DNA of 64,000 nucleotides, taken from assembly GCA_965202585.1 (NCBI GenBank), contig OZ241829.1:68882001-68946000 (forward strand), read 5' to 3'. Each line of letters opens with the position of its first letter. The first letter of the stretch is position 1. This DNA comes from Thalia democratica. Taxonomy: Eukaryota. A program made the translations under genes and the position numbers. Below the pieces are notes generated by a model, which did not search any database, had not been told where the DNA came from, and saw nothing but the letters and a program-made list of their open reading frames with translations. This document shows, piece by piece, positions 31,954-46,388 of this stretch.

Positions 31954-34900
31954 CGTTACGTCACAGTTATTAAAACTTATAAAGAAAAATATTTCGTTTC
32001 TGAAATAACGTACATCTTTAATTGTATTTGTTTAGATTATAAACATCTTTTGTTTTCATCAACAACGTTACTATAATTTATAATTTATGACAGTTTTATT
32101 ACTTTTAAAGTTATATAATGGTTTTAATTTATTTTTAGTGTTAGTTTGAAAATGTTTATAAGTGAGATAAAAATTAAATTGGTGATAAACGTTGCTGTAG
32201 CTAAAAATTAAAATCTGTTTTACTTTTAAAAAATATAGTAAATTCATGACTACGACTATATCTAATTAAACTAAAAATTTATTACTTGTTACACAAAAGT
32301 TAGGTTTGAGTACAAAATATAATAACGCTTGCTGAATAGCCAAAAAAAAAATCAAACTGTTGTACGTTCATAAAAAAGAGCTATAAAAGAACAAAAAATT
32401 ATTTAAAACAAAAGTTTAATTGATAATAGTCATGTATGTTCAATCCTCTAAACACACAAAAAACTGAATGCTATAATAGCTGATGCTAAACAGTTTAACA
32501 TTTTACCACATAAAACTGTTAAGTTATGTCGTATCAATGTTTTATATACAATTTCCTAAGTTGTTTTTTGTTTTGAAATTAATTATTTTTATATAATAAA
32601 CACGAAGAAAGTTAAATATAAATTATATGCAAAAAAAAACTAAAAAAATAACCGAATGTTACGCTTGTTGAACACAATTTTAAGTGACAATAATAATAAT
32701 TTAGACCTTACGTCTCTAAACAAACAAATAATGTTGACAAAATTTAACTGTGAAAAACTACTTATTAGTACTATATCAGGTTTTGAATACTATCAATGGT
32801 CAAGTAAGTTTGTGACACAAAGCTTAATAAATTAACAATTTTTCCAAGTAAAAAGAAAGCATTTTAACTCTAATTAATCAATGAGTATACATTGAGTTAT
32901 TTCATTTTAAGTTATTACGCTTTTAAGCTGATAAATGCATTTGAACAAAATAAGTTTTTATACTTACTTTTATACCTAAGTAAATAAACTTAAGTGTTAA
33001 AAAAATGATGAAGTCTTAGCTTACAATGATCAAAATACTTGTACAGTAAAAATTTAGAATCTATGGAAAGTGAGTAAAATAAGTTGTACAAGTATTTATT
33101 TACTATAACCAATAGATATAATTGCAAAGAACTCTGATCATTTGAGGAATATGGTTGTTAACCTATTTTTTGCAAGTTAGTATTAAATTTACATGCACAA
33201 TATTTACTTAAAATAACGTTACTTTAACTCATAAACTTGTAAACAATAATACTAGTCTCTCCCTTGAGTATGAAAACAGCTTGCCAAAATACAAATTTTT
33301 TACTTATAAAATTTTCAAAGTTGTCAAGCAATGTTGGATTGTTACGTCACTATTCAACTACTTTTAAAAGACTACTTTTGATAACATTTACTTAAATAGA
33401 AAATTTTATTAAGTAGGAATATAGGTAAGTGAATAAAAACTCTTTAAACAAGTTTGAAAAGTTTTGTTTCAACCTGTAACTTATATTTAATTAAATTTCT
33501 AATAAATCACTATTAATGACCAAATTGCTTGTTGTTCAAAAAAAAAACTAAACTTGCCATTGAAAATAGTTATAATAACCTGTAAATAATTAGATACAAT
33601 TAAATTTAGTTTCTATCATTTATAAGTAATTGGGCATAACATTATTTTGATTTTTGTTACCACAAAATAAGCTTAAAGTTTAAATTAAAAACAAGTTAGT
33701 AAAAACTACAAACAAGTTAATTTTGCTGAAACTAAAACTATATAATTTACTATTATAAGTAATTTTGTAAGCATAATTTCTTTAAAAGTAAGTTATAAAG
33801 AATAAGAAGTTGATTTATTCTTTAAGATTAACTTTTTGTAATAAATTATAAATTATGTAATTTAAATTAGAAATGATTGTATAGTTTTTTTATATCTTTC
33901 TATCAAAATATGTGTTGAATTACATACCAAACACCACATCCTGTCTGAGTTCTTTAAAGCTTCTAGCTATTTATTATGTTATCTTTTATTATATCACAAA
34001 GTTTTTTTGTTAAACACTGTTGTGCTTAAATTTTTTGTTTTCAATTACTTAAAGTCACCCATGTTTTGCACCTGTGAGCTGTTAAAGTTGTCCAATAATG
34101 CCAACTTGTCATATAATGGTCAACACTATCTTCCCTAATCTTTTAAAAACTGTTAAAAATTTATTGTGACAAAGCAAAATATAAGTTGGTCATTGAAAAA
34201 AAAAATATTTTAATACCACAAGTGAAAACAATTGAAAACAAATAGCTAATAATTGAAAAAAAAAGAATTTATTTAAAAAAAATTCAATTGAGATGCTATA
34301 TTACTTCACTCATAGCTAATTTACCAAAAATATCATGTTACATATGTTGATAACTGTATAAAAAGTTAATAATCAAAAAATTAAAATTTTTTGCACAACA
34401 GTGTTCAAAAGTATCTAAAATCATAAAGAACAAATGTAGCGTTGTAACAATAAATAGCTAGAAGCTCTAAATAATTAAAGTAGGATGTCTAGTGTAATTT
34501 GTTATAATAAAATGTTTCACCCTGTAAGAGATTTTCAGTTATATCTCAATTATTATTCAATTAAAATTTAAGTTATTTCATTTTCTAAACCACTTGTACT
34601 CTATTATATTTACTAAAATGTATGAGATAAAGTTAAGTATTATTAAAATTTCAGGACATAGTAGGCAGAAGCTTTGAACTCTAGATGAACTAGCAAGATA
34701 GTTGTTTGATAAAAACCTTTTTATGTACTATTTTCATTTTTGTAAATAAAATCTTTGTCATACTGTATTGTAAATAAGTAACACATTAATTTATAAGTGA
34801 TATATACTTTTAAGTTCTTAAATGGTTATATAATAAAACACTATAGTAGTTTGCATAGAATTAGATCTATATATTAGAAGAAATTGAGTGTTAAAATTTA

Positions 34901-37900
34901 TATAACATTTCAATTGTTACAAAATTTTGTTATAAACAATGATGAAATTACAATATAGTATTTAACATATATTCCTATAAAATCTTTTATCATTTTAAAT
35001 TCAATATATGTGTAGTTTTACTTTGAAATTATCTAATAATATTTTGACAGTCTGATATTTTTTGATCATATAACTGTTATTATATTTGTTTGATAACTTA
35101 ATTTCAAAAAAATATACTTTAATGCCACTTTACTTTGTTATTTTTATAATTAAGTAGCTTGAAGTGGTGCTTATTTTATATATAGTAGAATAGAACAAAA
35201 GAAAATTAATGATTACTAAGGTATTGTCAGTTTTATAAAATTTTTGTAATACAGATTTATAGAAAACAACTTGTCTTGACTAAATTTTTTGAACTTAAAA
35301 AAATCTCTTGCATCTAAGGTTTTTTATTCTAGAGAACTAAAGTTTTAAAGATATGTTCCTTGCATGAATAACAGTTTGATGAATAAAAAGTAAGCAATTC
35401 ACAATGAAGTTTTAAATTATTGATTTTTTTCAAAAGACTAAAATTTTTTAAAGGTAAAAACATTTCCTAAATAAGATTTTTCCATGATAAATACAAATTA
35501 GTCTGCGAAGGTTTCATAATGAATATGTAAAAAGCTGTAAAAGGAAACATATATCAAAGTACTCAGTATTTTTAGCATTTTTAAGCATGGCCTTCCAGAA
35601 GACACCTATTGAACTTCTCAAAATTAAGCTCATACTTTTCAAAAGTTACTTTGAATCTTAGGATGCAATAAAAGCAACTAGCAGCTAGTTTTTAAACTAA
35701 GACCAATTTTAAACAAAACTGTCAATTCCCCACCCATGGCCTTTGACAATGAATGTGTATAATATAAAAACAAATTCTATTTAATAACAATGAAGTTAAA
35801 GTAAATTTAATTTCCACAAACTATTTTTTAATGCTTTAGAAATAAACTTATTTTGTGTCACAACTAAAATAATTGAAGATATGGACCACCATGACTTTTT
35901 TCTTTTAAAGGTTATGACTTAGTAAAAACAAGTAAGGTTTGAATTCAAAAAATAAAATGAAATAAATTAGAAATATATTCTTATATGTGTACTGAATTTA
36001 ATTAATATCAGTAGTAACTATTAGTTAATTTAATAAATTATAAGTTAAATTTAAATTATGTTTTACTTTCACCAAACTTAGCTTGTAAATAATAAAAGGG
36101 AAGCCACCTAAAGTTGTTAAGTTTTACATATCAGGGATTAAAGCTTATAGTTTAACTCGAAACAATATTTTGAATAAAACTTTAAACTAAAGTTTTAGAA
36201 ATATTTTTTTCTAAAATATATATAAAACTCGAGCATCATTAACAAATTTAAAAAACTGCACATGAATGCGATTTCAAAAAATTAAAGTGTTGCGCTTTTT
36301 AGCATATAGTTTTTTTAACTTAAATACTTATAAGAACAAAAAAGATTTTGTAACACACCGTAAAACTTAACTAAAAAAAAGTTGTAAATTTTTGTTTAAT
36401 ATTTATTTAGAATAAATAAAACTTTTGGTTTTATGGCAATTCAAATTCCGACAACAATTCAAATTAACAAAAAGAAAAACTTAATTAAATGCCAGAAATC
36501 AAAAAATAATAAATATTTTTAAAGATTTTAAATGTGTAAGTAGGTTTAATTGATATGTAAAAAAAAAATATTTGTTTTTTACTTTTATAGATAGAATGAG
36601 GAAAAAGTAAAATGTTGTGAAGTTCAAGACTTTTGTTTCTACATATTGCAGCCTTCGAGCATTTTCGTAGTAAGATTTTTTTTACTTATAAAGGATTGCC
36701 GACACCTGCCTAATTTTTAGTTTAGTAATGCTCAATTGGATGATATAAACTAAATAGTTTGGTGCATTAATGAATAAAATATTCTAACTTTCATTGTTTG
36801 CTTTTTTTTCAATTCTATTAAATATTGCTTGCTGGAGTTTTTTCTAACAATGGCACTCAAAAAACATCAACTGACATATAAATTATTTTGAAATCTTACG
36901 ACTGTAACATATAAAGATAATAAGACAAAATATTATAAAACAATATATAACTTTAAACTTTATAGTTATACACGTTTTACATAATTTTACATAATAAGTT
37001 AATTTTAGTCTTAGTTTAAATAAAATCACTACAATGTTTAAAAGTTGTTAGCCTTTTTATTTAATAATTGATTATTTCAAACATTACATTTATATTATGG
37101 TTTTTACTAAAATTAAACTAAACTATGGTAAATAAATACAGTCATTTAACAGTTTTAGGAATAAAACAGCAAGTTTTATTTTATCTTTTAGTATTCTTCA
37201 TATTAAAACAATGTGAAAAAACAATCACTATAGTTTAAACAGAACTTTTTACTTATAATGATTAGTTTATTTTTATCAAGAAATAATTGATTAATTCAAT
37301 TTGAATTAATCTCTATTGTAATTTAAATCTAAATTTTTAGTACATTTTCTTATGCTTGATTATGGAGTTTCTCATAACTCGTTTAGCTTGATGTTTAAAC
37401 TGAATATATAAAGTTTACAAGGTTACTTACGCACGTAAAGTAAAATACTTATTACTATTATTTTTATTACTATTATATTACTAAAATATTTTAAGTTTAA
37501 AACTTTTAGTCAGTTTATTTAATAAGCTTTAAGAAAAGTTTTATACAAACAAAAATTGTTTATAAACTTAACTATTATCAAAAGAGATTTCAGTTCTGAT
37601 TGAGACTTTGTCAAATAATAATTTATTATAAGTTACTAGTATGGTAATTTAGGTTACCAAAAAAAAAACTGGCAACAAGTAAGTCCAACCCGAGTCCCCG
37701 GATTTGAACAATGATTATTAAACCATGATACTATTGTTTTAAACGTAAAATTTCATACCTATTGTTAGAGTAAACAAGGTAAACTAAAATGTGGCCTTGA
37801 AGGGTGCTAAAAGACCGTGAAACACAGTCATCAATCGCAGAGATATACAAGAGTTTTAATTAAAGGTCTTAATTTAAATTTATATATTACAATTTTTTTC

Positions 37901-40900
37901 TTTTTTTGATTTTAAATGTATAAAGTTTTAATTTTTAGTTTATTAACACAAGGATTACTTTTCATCGAAAATAAGCTAAAAAAGAAGATACAACTGCTTA
38001 TTTTACATAAAACCTTAGCGCAAACATTGATATTTGAAAGAGTTCCATTTAAAAGCTACATAAGCAGCTCAAAAGTATTTTTTAATGGCGATTTTGATTT
38101 TGTTTAAAACAAACAGTAAAAAAATACTTTTGTAAAATATTGAATATCAAAAGTTTGTTTATGCATTTATTAAGTTTTAAAATTTTTTTATTTAGCAAAG
38201 TTTGGATTTATCAAGCTTCAATTAACTTTCATTAAAAGTAGGTGTAAATTTTACTACTTTTTGTAATAAAATGCTTATAAACATGAGTGATTTTATAAAT
38301 ATTCACATTGAGTTACTAATTTAAAAGTACTTTTGAAATATCTTAAAGTAGATAAGAGTAATGTTGTCATCTGCATGTTTCTAGACATTTTAAACTAATC
38401 CTTCTTTTAAAGTAGAAACTAATAGTACAGAAACTTAAAGTGTAAATTTTACAGCGAAAAAACTAAAGATGGATGACTAGTATTGTTTTTTGCTTAACAC
38501 TCTTATATCTCTTTATAAGTACTGATAAAAAGCGCAAACTAGTTTAAAGAATCTATTATGATAAAGACCGAAGATAGTACTAATAAATAATAATGATCTA
38601 GTTGGTATATTTTAATATAATTAAAATAGTATTTGTGACAGCGTAAATTTTATAAATTACTTGTATAGTATATCAAGTTAAATAAAATTGAGCAACAAGT
38701 GACCCAAATCGCTAGCTTTCAACGCACAGACTTCAACCGCTACACCACCGTTCCAAGGTCACATCTACTAAATTTTAAATATAAACTCAACCTTGTATTA
38801 TGTTCAAAACTTATTTGTTTTTTACTTTGCAATAATATACAAATGGACTATTGTTTGAACTGTTTTAAAAGTGATTATAAGTTCATTAACATGTTTAAAA
38901 AGTTTCTGCTAGTTTGAAGTTTAAAACTTATACAGCTTTTATACTTCATGAAAACACATTAACTAAAGTTTTACTTTTGTAAAGTTTCGAAATAGTTTTA
39001 ACTCTTTATATATTTTAGTCATTATGTTGCATAATAACTGAATTTAAGAGTAAACACAAATAACAAAAATGTGACCAATATGGGAATGGAACCTAGTACT
39101 AAAAGTTGTTTGACGCAACTTCCTACCGCTGTGCTACAAAGACTTTTAATTTTGATGGTTAATTTAATTATATATTTTATACTGTTTATCTTTTTTGCTT
39201 ATTTTTATATTATATTTTTTACTTTAAATAGCAATAAAGTATCTTCCTAAAGCGGACATGCTTCGCAAAACTTCAAAAAGTTTTATTGTTAAGTACGGCA
39301 AAAGACAACGACGATGTTCAAATGCCAATCTTAGTAGGTTTGCCTCTTTAATAAAATAGTACTTTTGTGACTAAAAATGGACAAAGTTGTATGGTTAATA
39401 TTATATATTATGTGATAATCATCTAATAAGTATTGTTCAACTAATCAACGTAAAAATTAAATTTAACAAGAAGGAGAAAAAAAGAGGGAACCACTAAGAA
39501 TCGAACCCACTACGTCTGAAGTTCCAACCTGACGCTTTACCGACAGAGCCATTTAAGTTCTTGTAAATGCTACTAATTTTGACTTTATATATACTTGATT
39601 ATATCAATTTAAATGTTTGAAAAATATATTGTAAAAATAGCAAATTTATTTCGTTAATTGATTCTAAATAAGCACAGGCCAGTTTTAATACTTTGGATAT
39701 AAAACTTTCTTTTATAAGTTAGCTTTGTATGAAACTAAATAAACTAAAACTGTCTAAAATTAATTAAGCTGTGTTTAATGTGTTGCTTTAACCTTAAATT
39801 TTTATTCTAATTATAATCAGAAAAACAACTTTTCAAAATTTCTTCTTAACTTGAAGAATACTAATTTTCGTAGTTATTTTTTCAACTCAGCAATATACTA
39901 CTGACTAGTTTACTGTTCAGCTCTTCTTAAGTAAGGAAATACTACTTATTTATAACTTCATTAAAGCATACAAATACCACATGAAAAATATTAAATGCAA
40001 AAGGAAGGTTAATTCCTTATCTTGCTTTGGTTTAATGCGTTCGAGTCTTAAATAACTTTTAAAATGTATTTGAAAACTGCAACGAAATCTAAAATAATGT
40101 GAACTAATTGATATAATGACTTTTTAGGTTGCTAGTGTTAGTGAAACTTAGCAATACTACAAAAATATAAAACAGATAGCTTTTAGTAATATACAATTAA
40201 TTGACAATTTTTGACCTTTTATCAAACAAGTATGTTGAACAAACGGTTTATAGGCTAAACGTAAACTAAATGAAACTATCAGTAAGTCAATAAGTACATA
40301 TAAATATCACACATATTTTTTTTACACGAAAAATACTACAATTGCTTTTATATCTTAGAAATTACATGCTTTCAATGTTATTTATCAAACATCTATTTTA
40401 GTTATTAAGTAAGATAATTAAAAACTAAATTTTGCTTATACTCTACTTTCTAGTAATAAATAGTAAAAACCATTTAATTTAAACTTAATTTAAAACAAAT
40501 GTTATGAAATTCTCGGGTTTTTTAAGCTCTTAACTAAACAAAAAATATGCAGAATTTATCTGCATTTTGGTTGAGTACACGTTTTATATTTATTTTATTA
40601 CTTATTTTGTATTAAAAGTCAAAACGAAATTTCTTGAGACTTAACTTTTATTACATGCGGTGTATCAAGTAAAATATGTTTAAAACCGTTTACCTCAAGT
40701 TAGTATACGAAATATTGAGGTTTTCAAAGCTCTATCTTAAAGAAAAAAAAATATCTACGTCCTGCATGATTAGGCATAAAATAAAGAATTAAAAATTTCA
40801 ACCGCTAGGTGGCGCCACCGAGTCACAGACTTCTCCAGAGATTGCACCATAACCGTTCTAAAAAAAATTAAAAATTAAAAAAACTTACTTGTTTTTTCAC

Positions 40901-41195
40901 CACTCGGTGTCTCTATGACCATGCCGTCCCTATCCCCCACCCACCAACCCCTTGCATTTAGCCTTGACTCATACTCAGCCAAATTTTCTTTTTCACTAAA
41001 AATAACTATGTACGTAATATACCCTTCCAAATGCGTTTTTTACTTTCAACTAAATTTTCTAATTTTTTGTTACTATGCAAACTGTATAAGTAAAAGAACA
41101 AAACATTTCGTTATTGTACAATAGTATTATAGATTTTTTGATCTTTTTAGTATTATAGATTAACTTTGTTAAACTAAGACTTTATTATTGTTATT

Positions 41196-41315
41196 ATGTA
41201 TTATGAAGAAGAAGATTTTTGGCATGAGCACGATGAAGACGCTGATAAAGTTGAAAACTGTACAAGTGACAGAGGTGATGGTGAAATAAGAAACCGTCAG
41301 TTTTCTCTGTTTTAA
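41196..41315 (+). pseudogene. Solo acidic-tail copy, unit 3 (MYYEEEDFWHEHDEDADKVENCTSDRGDGEIRNRQFSLF)
   Basis: Diverged and more A-like, but ATG, frame and RQFSLF* are retained. Confidence 0.78.
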
Positions 41316-41445
41316 ACAGCAACAACTTCTGATGTACTTGTGAAACTAAACGTTGTTTACTAGGTTTAGAAAATAATTTTTTGTGACATTTTCAGTTTTG
41401 TTAATTAGAGTTATTTAAGAATTTTGCATGTGTGAGATTTTATTT

Positions 41446-42244
41446 TACTACGGTGCTTGTTTACTTATCAGGACATGTTGGGCAATATGTTTCTGTAAAT
41501 ATGTGCGGATAAGTAAAATAAATCTTTCATTCTTTCGAATTATATAACTGCTGTATGTTGTGCAATCCGTATTATGTAATAAAAGTTCAGCTCCTCCTTT
41601 TGTGCTTTAAACTTCTCTTCACTTTTCAAAATGTCGTACAAAGTTGACCTGCCTATGCTAAACAGCTCCATTATAAAAAACTTTGGCATGTTGATTTTTA
41701 CCATTTTACAAGCTTCTAGTTTGTTTTCAATGGTTAGTGCAACTAGTTTTCTTTTTTTGATGTCTTGTCCATTTCTAAGACCTAGTATATTAAGTACTTA
41801 TAACTTTAAATTAACTTAACTTACTTTAAATAACTTACTTTACTTATATAAATTTAAAATTAAAAAAAAAATTGTTACTCACCGTAAACAAAAAGGGTTT
41901 GAATTAACAGCTTTCAAAATATAGTTGGAATTAAAAACTAGCAAAAAAAGGTCTGTTATATATTTAATTTCTAAAAAAACTTAGAATTTAATCAACTACA
42001 AAAAAAACTTTAAAAGATTAAATTAAAAACTTTAAGTCATATTTCAAACATCATTGATTTAAACAAAATTTGAATGTAAGCTTTAGAAGAATGGTTACGT
42101 CATGATAATGAACTAAATTAAAGACTTTATAAAATCACACAAATTTTCTTACAGCATGAAAGCTTAAATGTTTGTGTTTAATATTTTTTTTTGAATTTTC
42201 TTATTGACTGAAACTGTCCGGATAAGTGAATAAGCACTGTACTG
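41446..42244 (-). mobile_element. Tigger/pogo-like remnant, unit 3
   Basis: Left TIR tactacggtgcttgtttacttatcaggaca pairs with the right end at 42213-42244. Confidence 0.75.
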
Positions 42245-43162
42245 AAATTAACGTTTTTTTTAACACCTTATTCTTATTTACCAGGGTTTAAAAACAGATC
42301 GTATGAATTTTCAGCTTTGTTGGTACATTAATTTTTTGCTGTGTTTGTGTAACACCACATTTAAACATGTTTAATATTTTGTTAGTTGTACAGTAGTATA
42401 TTTAAAATTTTCATCATCCAGGTCAAAAATTGTTTGGTAAACTCACTTTTTTATTTATTTCATGTTTTGTTACAAGTTGTTAGATAAACAAAACACTAAT
42501 ATTTAATTTTTATTTCTTTGTTTTTCAAAAAAATACTTATATGTAAATAACTTTATACTCTTTTAACAGCTATATGTTTTTTAATGTAATAATTTTTAGC
42601 TTTTTGCTATCGTATTGAATAAGTTTTATGTATTATATATGTTAATCTATCAAACAACTCTCACTTATAACTTGTATTTAAAATTTTTCTATTTTAATAA
42701 TTTACTCTTGCTATTATTAGTAAACTTTTCTAATAAAAATTATAAAAATAATGTTAAGTTAATAAAAACAACAGTTTTAGAACAATATTTCTGCTTCAAC
42801 TATTGTTTGAACAAGTAATGTTAACAACTAACTTTACTTCTAAACAAAGTATTTTTTTTTAGTCTACCTACTTTTTTCTCATAACTTTTTCGAACTTTAT
42901 TGTCTGAAACTCATGATACTTTTATGGTAAAATATTTTTACGTAGATGTTTATGTTAGTTGTAATAAGACTGCTAGGGCAAGTTATTGATATAAAAAAAC
43001 AGTAGCATTCACGTTACTTTTATTTTATTCATAACATGATGTTAAACATTAAGCTTTTCAAATATTCTTTTTAACTCGTAAACACCAAAATAAATCTATT
43101 AACTTCCTTAATTGTTCATTATCTAACCAACAGATAAAAAAACAAACAAGGTAAATAAAATA

Positions 43163-44317
43163 ATGAAAAAAAGCTGCATCGCAACGCTGGGAGCTTACCT
43201 TCTCAGCAAAAAGACGAACTGCAACTTATTTCCGCAAGGTGTCCTCGCTCGCTCAGATGTAAGTGCCGTAGACGGCAACTGCGGTCCCCCCGCCAAGCTA
43301 GAACCGACGCTTGAGAACATCAGGGACAACCCCTTGAAAGTGAGGCTCTACCGCAAGCCCGCCTTTAATATCAATCAGCTGACAATGATGCTATTGCACG
43401 AGTGCACAGACGAGGACCGCCAGGAACCGTGGGACGTGGGAAGCTGGAAAAAAGACTGGGACGGGCTGAATACCATCCAACGCCCCAGTTATATGAAGGA
43501 TGATTATAGCAGACATCTGCACCTCCTCGCAAAGGAAGAAAGCGAAAACGGCGAGAGGACTGCCAGAGGCGCGGATCAGGAAGCTGCGAACCGGAAGCGG
43601 GAGCAAATACAGAAAGGGGACTTCACATACCAAATGCACAATCCAAACGCGGTTCGAGAACGACCGGACGATTTTTACAAGGATGTGACGGGATTCCCGG
43701 TGAACCGGATGGACCCGCCGCATTCTGACGTCACAGTGCCGCGCAGCCACGACGCCAGAGCGGATTTTTGGGTGATGGAGCACGCCTTCCGCAAAATTTG
43801 CTACCGTCACATTTTCGAAAGCGAAGAGACAACCCACTCAACAAGATATGACTATTATCTTTCCGTTCCAAAGAATCTGGTCGCTTACATTGTGCAGAGG
43901 CTCATGCAGTTCCCGCCGGAAACCTTCGGCAGGTTCAGGATCAGCGACGGGTCGCACACCCACGTTAGTATCAATTACAACGGGGTGCCACATGTAGTCA
44001 TCATTGGAGAGACGAGTCACCTGCAAGATGAGTACATGGCCCGCAACCATGACTTCGACCGCGGATTGGCCGATATTGGCCTCGACGTTCCTGTAGCTAC
44101 AGACGAAGATCATGGCGGAGGAGACTCTCCTCAAAACGGGCCTGGCCATGACGAAGGTCGCATGAATGATTTCCAAGATGATTTAGATAATGATGATTCA
44201 TGTTGTGAAGAAGAAGGTTTTTGGGATGAGCAAGATGAAGACGCTGATGATGATGAAAACTGTACAAATGATAGAGATGATGGTGAAATAAGAAACCGTC
44301 AGTTTTCTCTGTTTTAA
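43163..44317 (+). CDS. Paralogue A, unit 3 (384 aa)
   Basis: Intact ORF with an in-frame 6-nt deletion (GGGDSPQ versus GGGRQNSPQ) and a mix of synonymous and non-synonymous changes. Confidence 0.88.
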   Translation: MKKSCIATLGAYLLSKKTNCNLFPQGVLARSDVSAVDGNCGPPAKLEPTLENIRDNPLKVRLYRKPAFNINQLTMMLLHECTDEDRQEPWDVGSWKKDWDGLNTIQRPSYMKDDYSRHLHLLAKEESENGERTARGADQEAANRKREQIQKGDFTYQMHNPNAVRERPDDFYKDVTGFPVNRMDPPHSDVTVPRSHDARADFWVMEHAFRKICYRHIFESEETTHSTRYDYYLSVPKNLVAYIVQRLMQFPPETFGRFRISDGSHTHVSINYNGVPHVVIIGETSHLQDEYMARNHDFDRGLADIGLDVPVATDEDHGGGDSPQNGPGHDEGRMNDFQDDLDNDDSCCEEEGFWDEQDEDADDDENCTNDRDDGEIRNRQFSLF

Positions 44318-45305
44318 ACAGCAAAAACTTCTGATTTATTGGTGAAACTGAACTTTGTTTACTAGGTTTTAAAAACAATTTTTTGTGACATTTTTAGTTT
44401 TGTTAATGAGAGTGATTTAAGGATTTAGCATATGTGAGATTTTATTGCAGTACAGTGCTTATCCACTTATTCACTAAAAAATACTAATTTTCAGCATTGT
44501 TGGTTTTGTAATTTTTTGATATGTTTATGTAACACCATAATTAAACATGTTTGACATTTTGTTATTGTATAATAGTATATGTATTATAATTTTTGTTATC
44601 CAGATAAAACATACTTGCTAACATAAGATTTTTTAAAGTTAAAAGAATTTTTTCTAAAACATAATTAAAATAACAAAATACGACTTTTAATATTTTACTT
44701 TTCCCTTTTAAAAAAGTATTCTTTGATATACAACTTGGACTCTTTTCACAGCGGTATGTTTTATTTTAGTGTATTTTTTAGTTTTTTACTATCAATATTG
44801 TACAAAATCTGAGTTTTATTGATGTTAAATTTCACAACAGTCCTCATTAATAACTGTACTTAAAACTAGATAATTAGAAAATTTTTGATTAATAAAAAAC
44901 TTTACTAATAAAAATTCATAAATACAGTGAAAAGTTAAAAAAAAACAATTTAAAACAAAGTTTGTGCTACAACTAATTGTTTTAAAAGTAAAGTCAAAAA
45001 ACTAACTTTACATTTAAATAAGACCGGTTTTAATTGATTATTTTTTTTCATCAGTTTTAAAAACATTATCATCTAAAACTCATGAAATTTTTACTTCCTT
45101 GTTTATGTTAATTATAATAAGACTAGTAGACTAATTATTGATATAAACAAACATATACTAGAATATAGGTTTTATTTTACTTATCGCATATATTTAACTT
45201 TAAACTTTTCAAACATTTTTTTGAACAAATAAAAACCAAACTAAAGCTTTTAACTTACTTATGCTCAAACCAACAGAAAAAAAAACAAACAAACTAAATA
45301 AAATA

Positions 45306-46388
45306 ATGAAAAAGAGCTGCATTGCAACGCTGGGAGCTTACCTGCTCAGCAAAAAGACGGACTGCAACTTATTTCCGCAAGGTGTCCTCGCTCGCTCAGA
45401 TGTAAGCGCCGGAGACGGCAACTACCCTCCGCCCCTGGAACCGAATGATTTGAACATTAGGAAGCGCCCCTTCAATACGCGGCTCTACGGCGCACCAACG
45501 GCGCAGGAGAACGAGCAAATAACGGCCTTGAAAAACAATCCTTTCACAGAAAACGACCGCCAGGATGAACATCTGCTCGAAAGCAACTGGGACGGGCTGG
45601 AAGGCTTCCAAGAAGAACACAACTATGCGAAGTGGATGAGACTGCATCTGCACTTTTACGCGGTGGGAGATGCCGAAAACGAAACTAGGAGATCAGATCA
45701 AACGAATGCCAGGCAGAGTTTTGTAAGGGCTCTTTCTGATGGCAGGTTGCAAAACTACCGCAACACTTTTGAGCGCAAATGGTTCCCGGTGAGCCGGTTG
45801 GACCCGCCGCATTCTGACGTCACAGTGCCGCGCAGCCACGACGCCATAGCGGACTTTTGGGAGATGGAGCACGCCTTCCGCAAAGTTTGCCATCGGTTCA
45901 TTTTAAACGGAACATTTCAGTTTCGGAGCGCCCGTGAAGCAAACGGGAAGAAAGTGACAAAAGGTCCGGAGACAGTTGAACACTGGATTCACATGCCCAA
46001 GAACCTGATCGCCTACTTCGTGCAGCGGGTGTTGCAGTTCCCCCCGGAAACCTTCGGCAGGTTCAGGATCAGCGACGGCTCCCACACGCACTTTTTCATC
46101 GACTACAACGGAACACCGAGATTTTATGTCGTTGGAGAGACGAGCTACCTGCATAAAGAGTACGAAAGAGTCCGTCGTGATTTCGATCGTGGATCGGGCG
46201 ATATTGGCTTAGACGTTCCCGCCGCTAAAGAAGAAGATCTTGGCGCGGGAGACTCTCCTCAAATCGGGTCTGACAAAAATTGTGAATATGAAGAAGGTGA
46301 TTGGGAAGATGAAGACGCTGATGATGAAAGCTGTACGAATGATAGAGATGATGGTGAAACAAGAAATCGTCAGTTTTCTCTGTTTTAG
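45306..46388 (+). CDS. Paralogue B, unit 3 (360 aa from the conserved Met; an in-frame upstream ATG lies at 45261)
   Basis: Intact ORF with one GAT codon deleted in the tail; FQEEHN replaces FQTEHD. Confidence 0.87.
   Translation: MKKSCIATLGAYLLSKKTDCNLFPQGVLARSDVSAGDGNYPPPLEPNDLNIRKRPFNTRLYGAPTAQENEQITALKNNPFTENDRQDEHLLESNWDGLEGFQEEHNYAKWMRLHLHFYAVGDAENETRRSDQTNARQSFVRALSDGRLQNYRNTFERKWFPVSRLDPPHSDVTVPRSHDAIADFWEMEHAFRKVCHRFILNGTFQFRSAREANGKKVTKGPETVEHWIHMPKNLIAYFVQRVLQFPPETFGRFRISDGSHTHFFIDYNGTPRFYVVGETSYLHKEYERVRRDFDRGSGDIGLDVPAAKEEDLGAGDSPQIGSDKNCEYEEGDWEDEDADDESCTNDRDDGETRNRQFSLF

Larger units (their letters stand above)
18146..36295. repeat. ~18 kb tandem repeat unit, copy 2
   Basis: Near-identical to copy 1 from ~21000 to ~32700 (offset 18095); more like copy 3 thereafter. 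Confidence 0.97.

Noticed and set aside
18146-32700. Unit 2 as a pure assembly duplication of unit 1
   Set aside because: It has its own variants (SNPs in 18146-21000, a ~50-bp deletion near 20885, the tail SNPs in A, ctatcaat at ~26644) and switches type later. An artefact is not fully excluded without reads.
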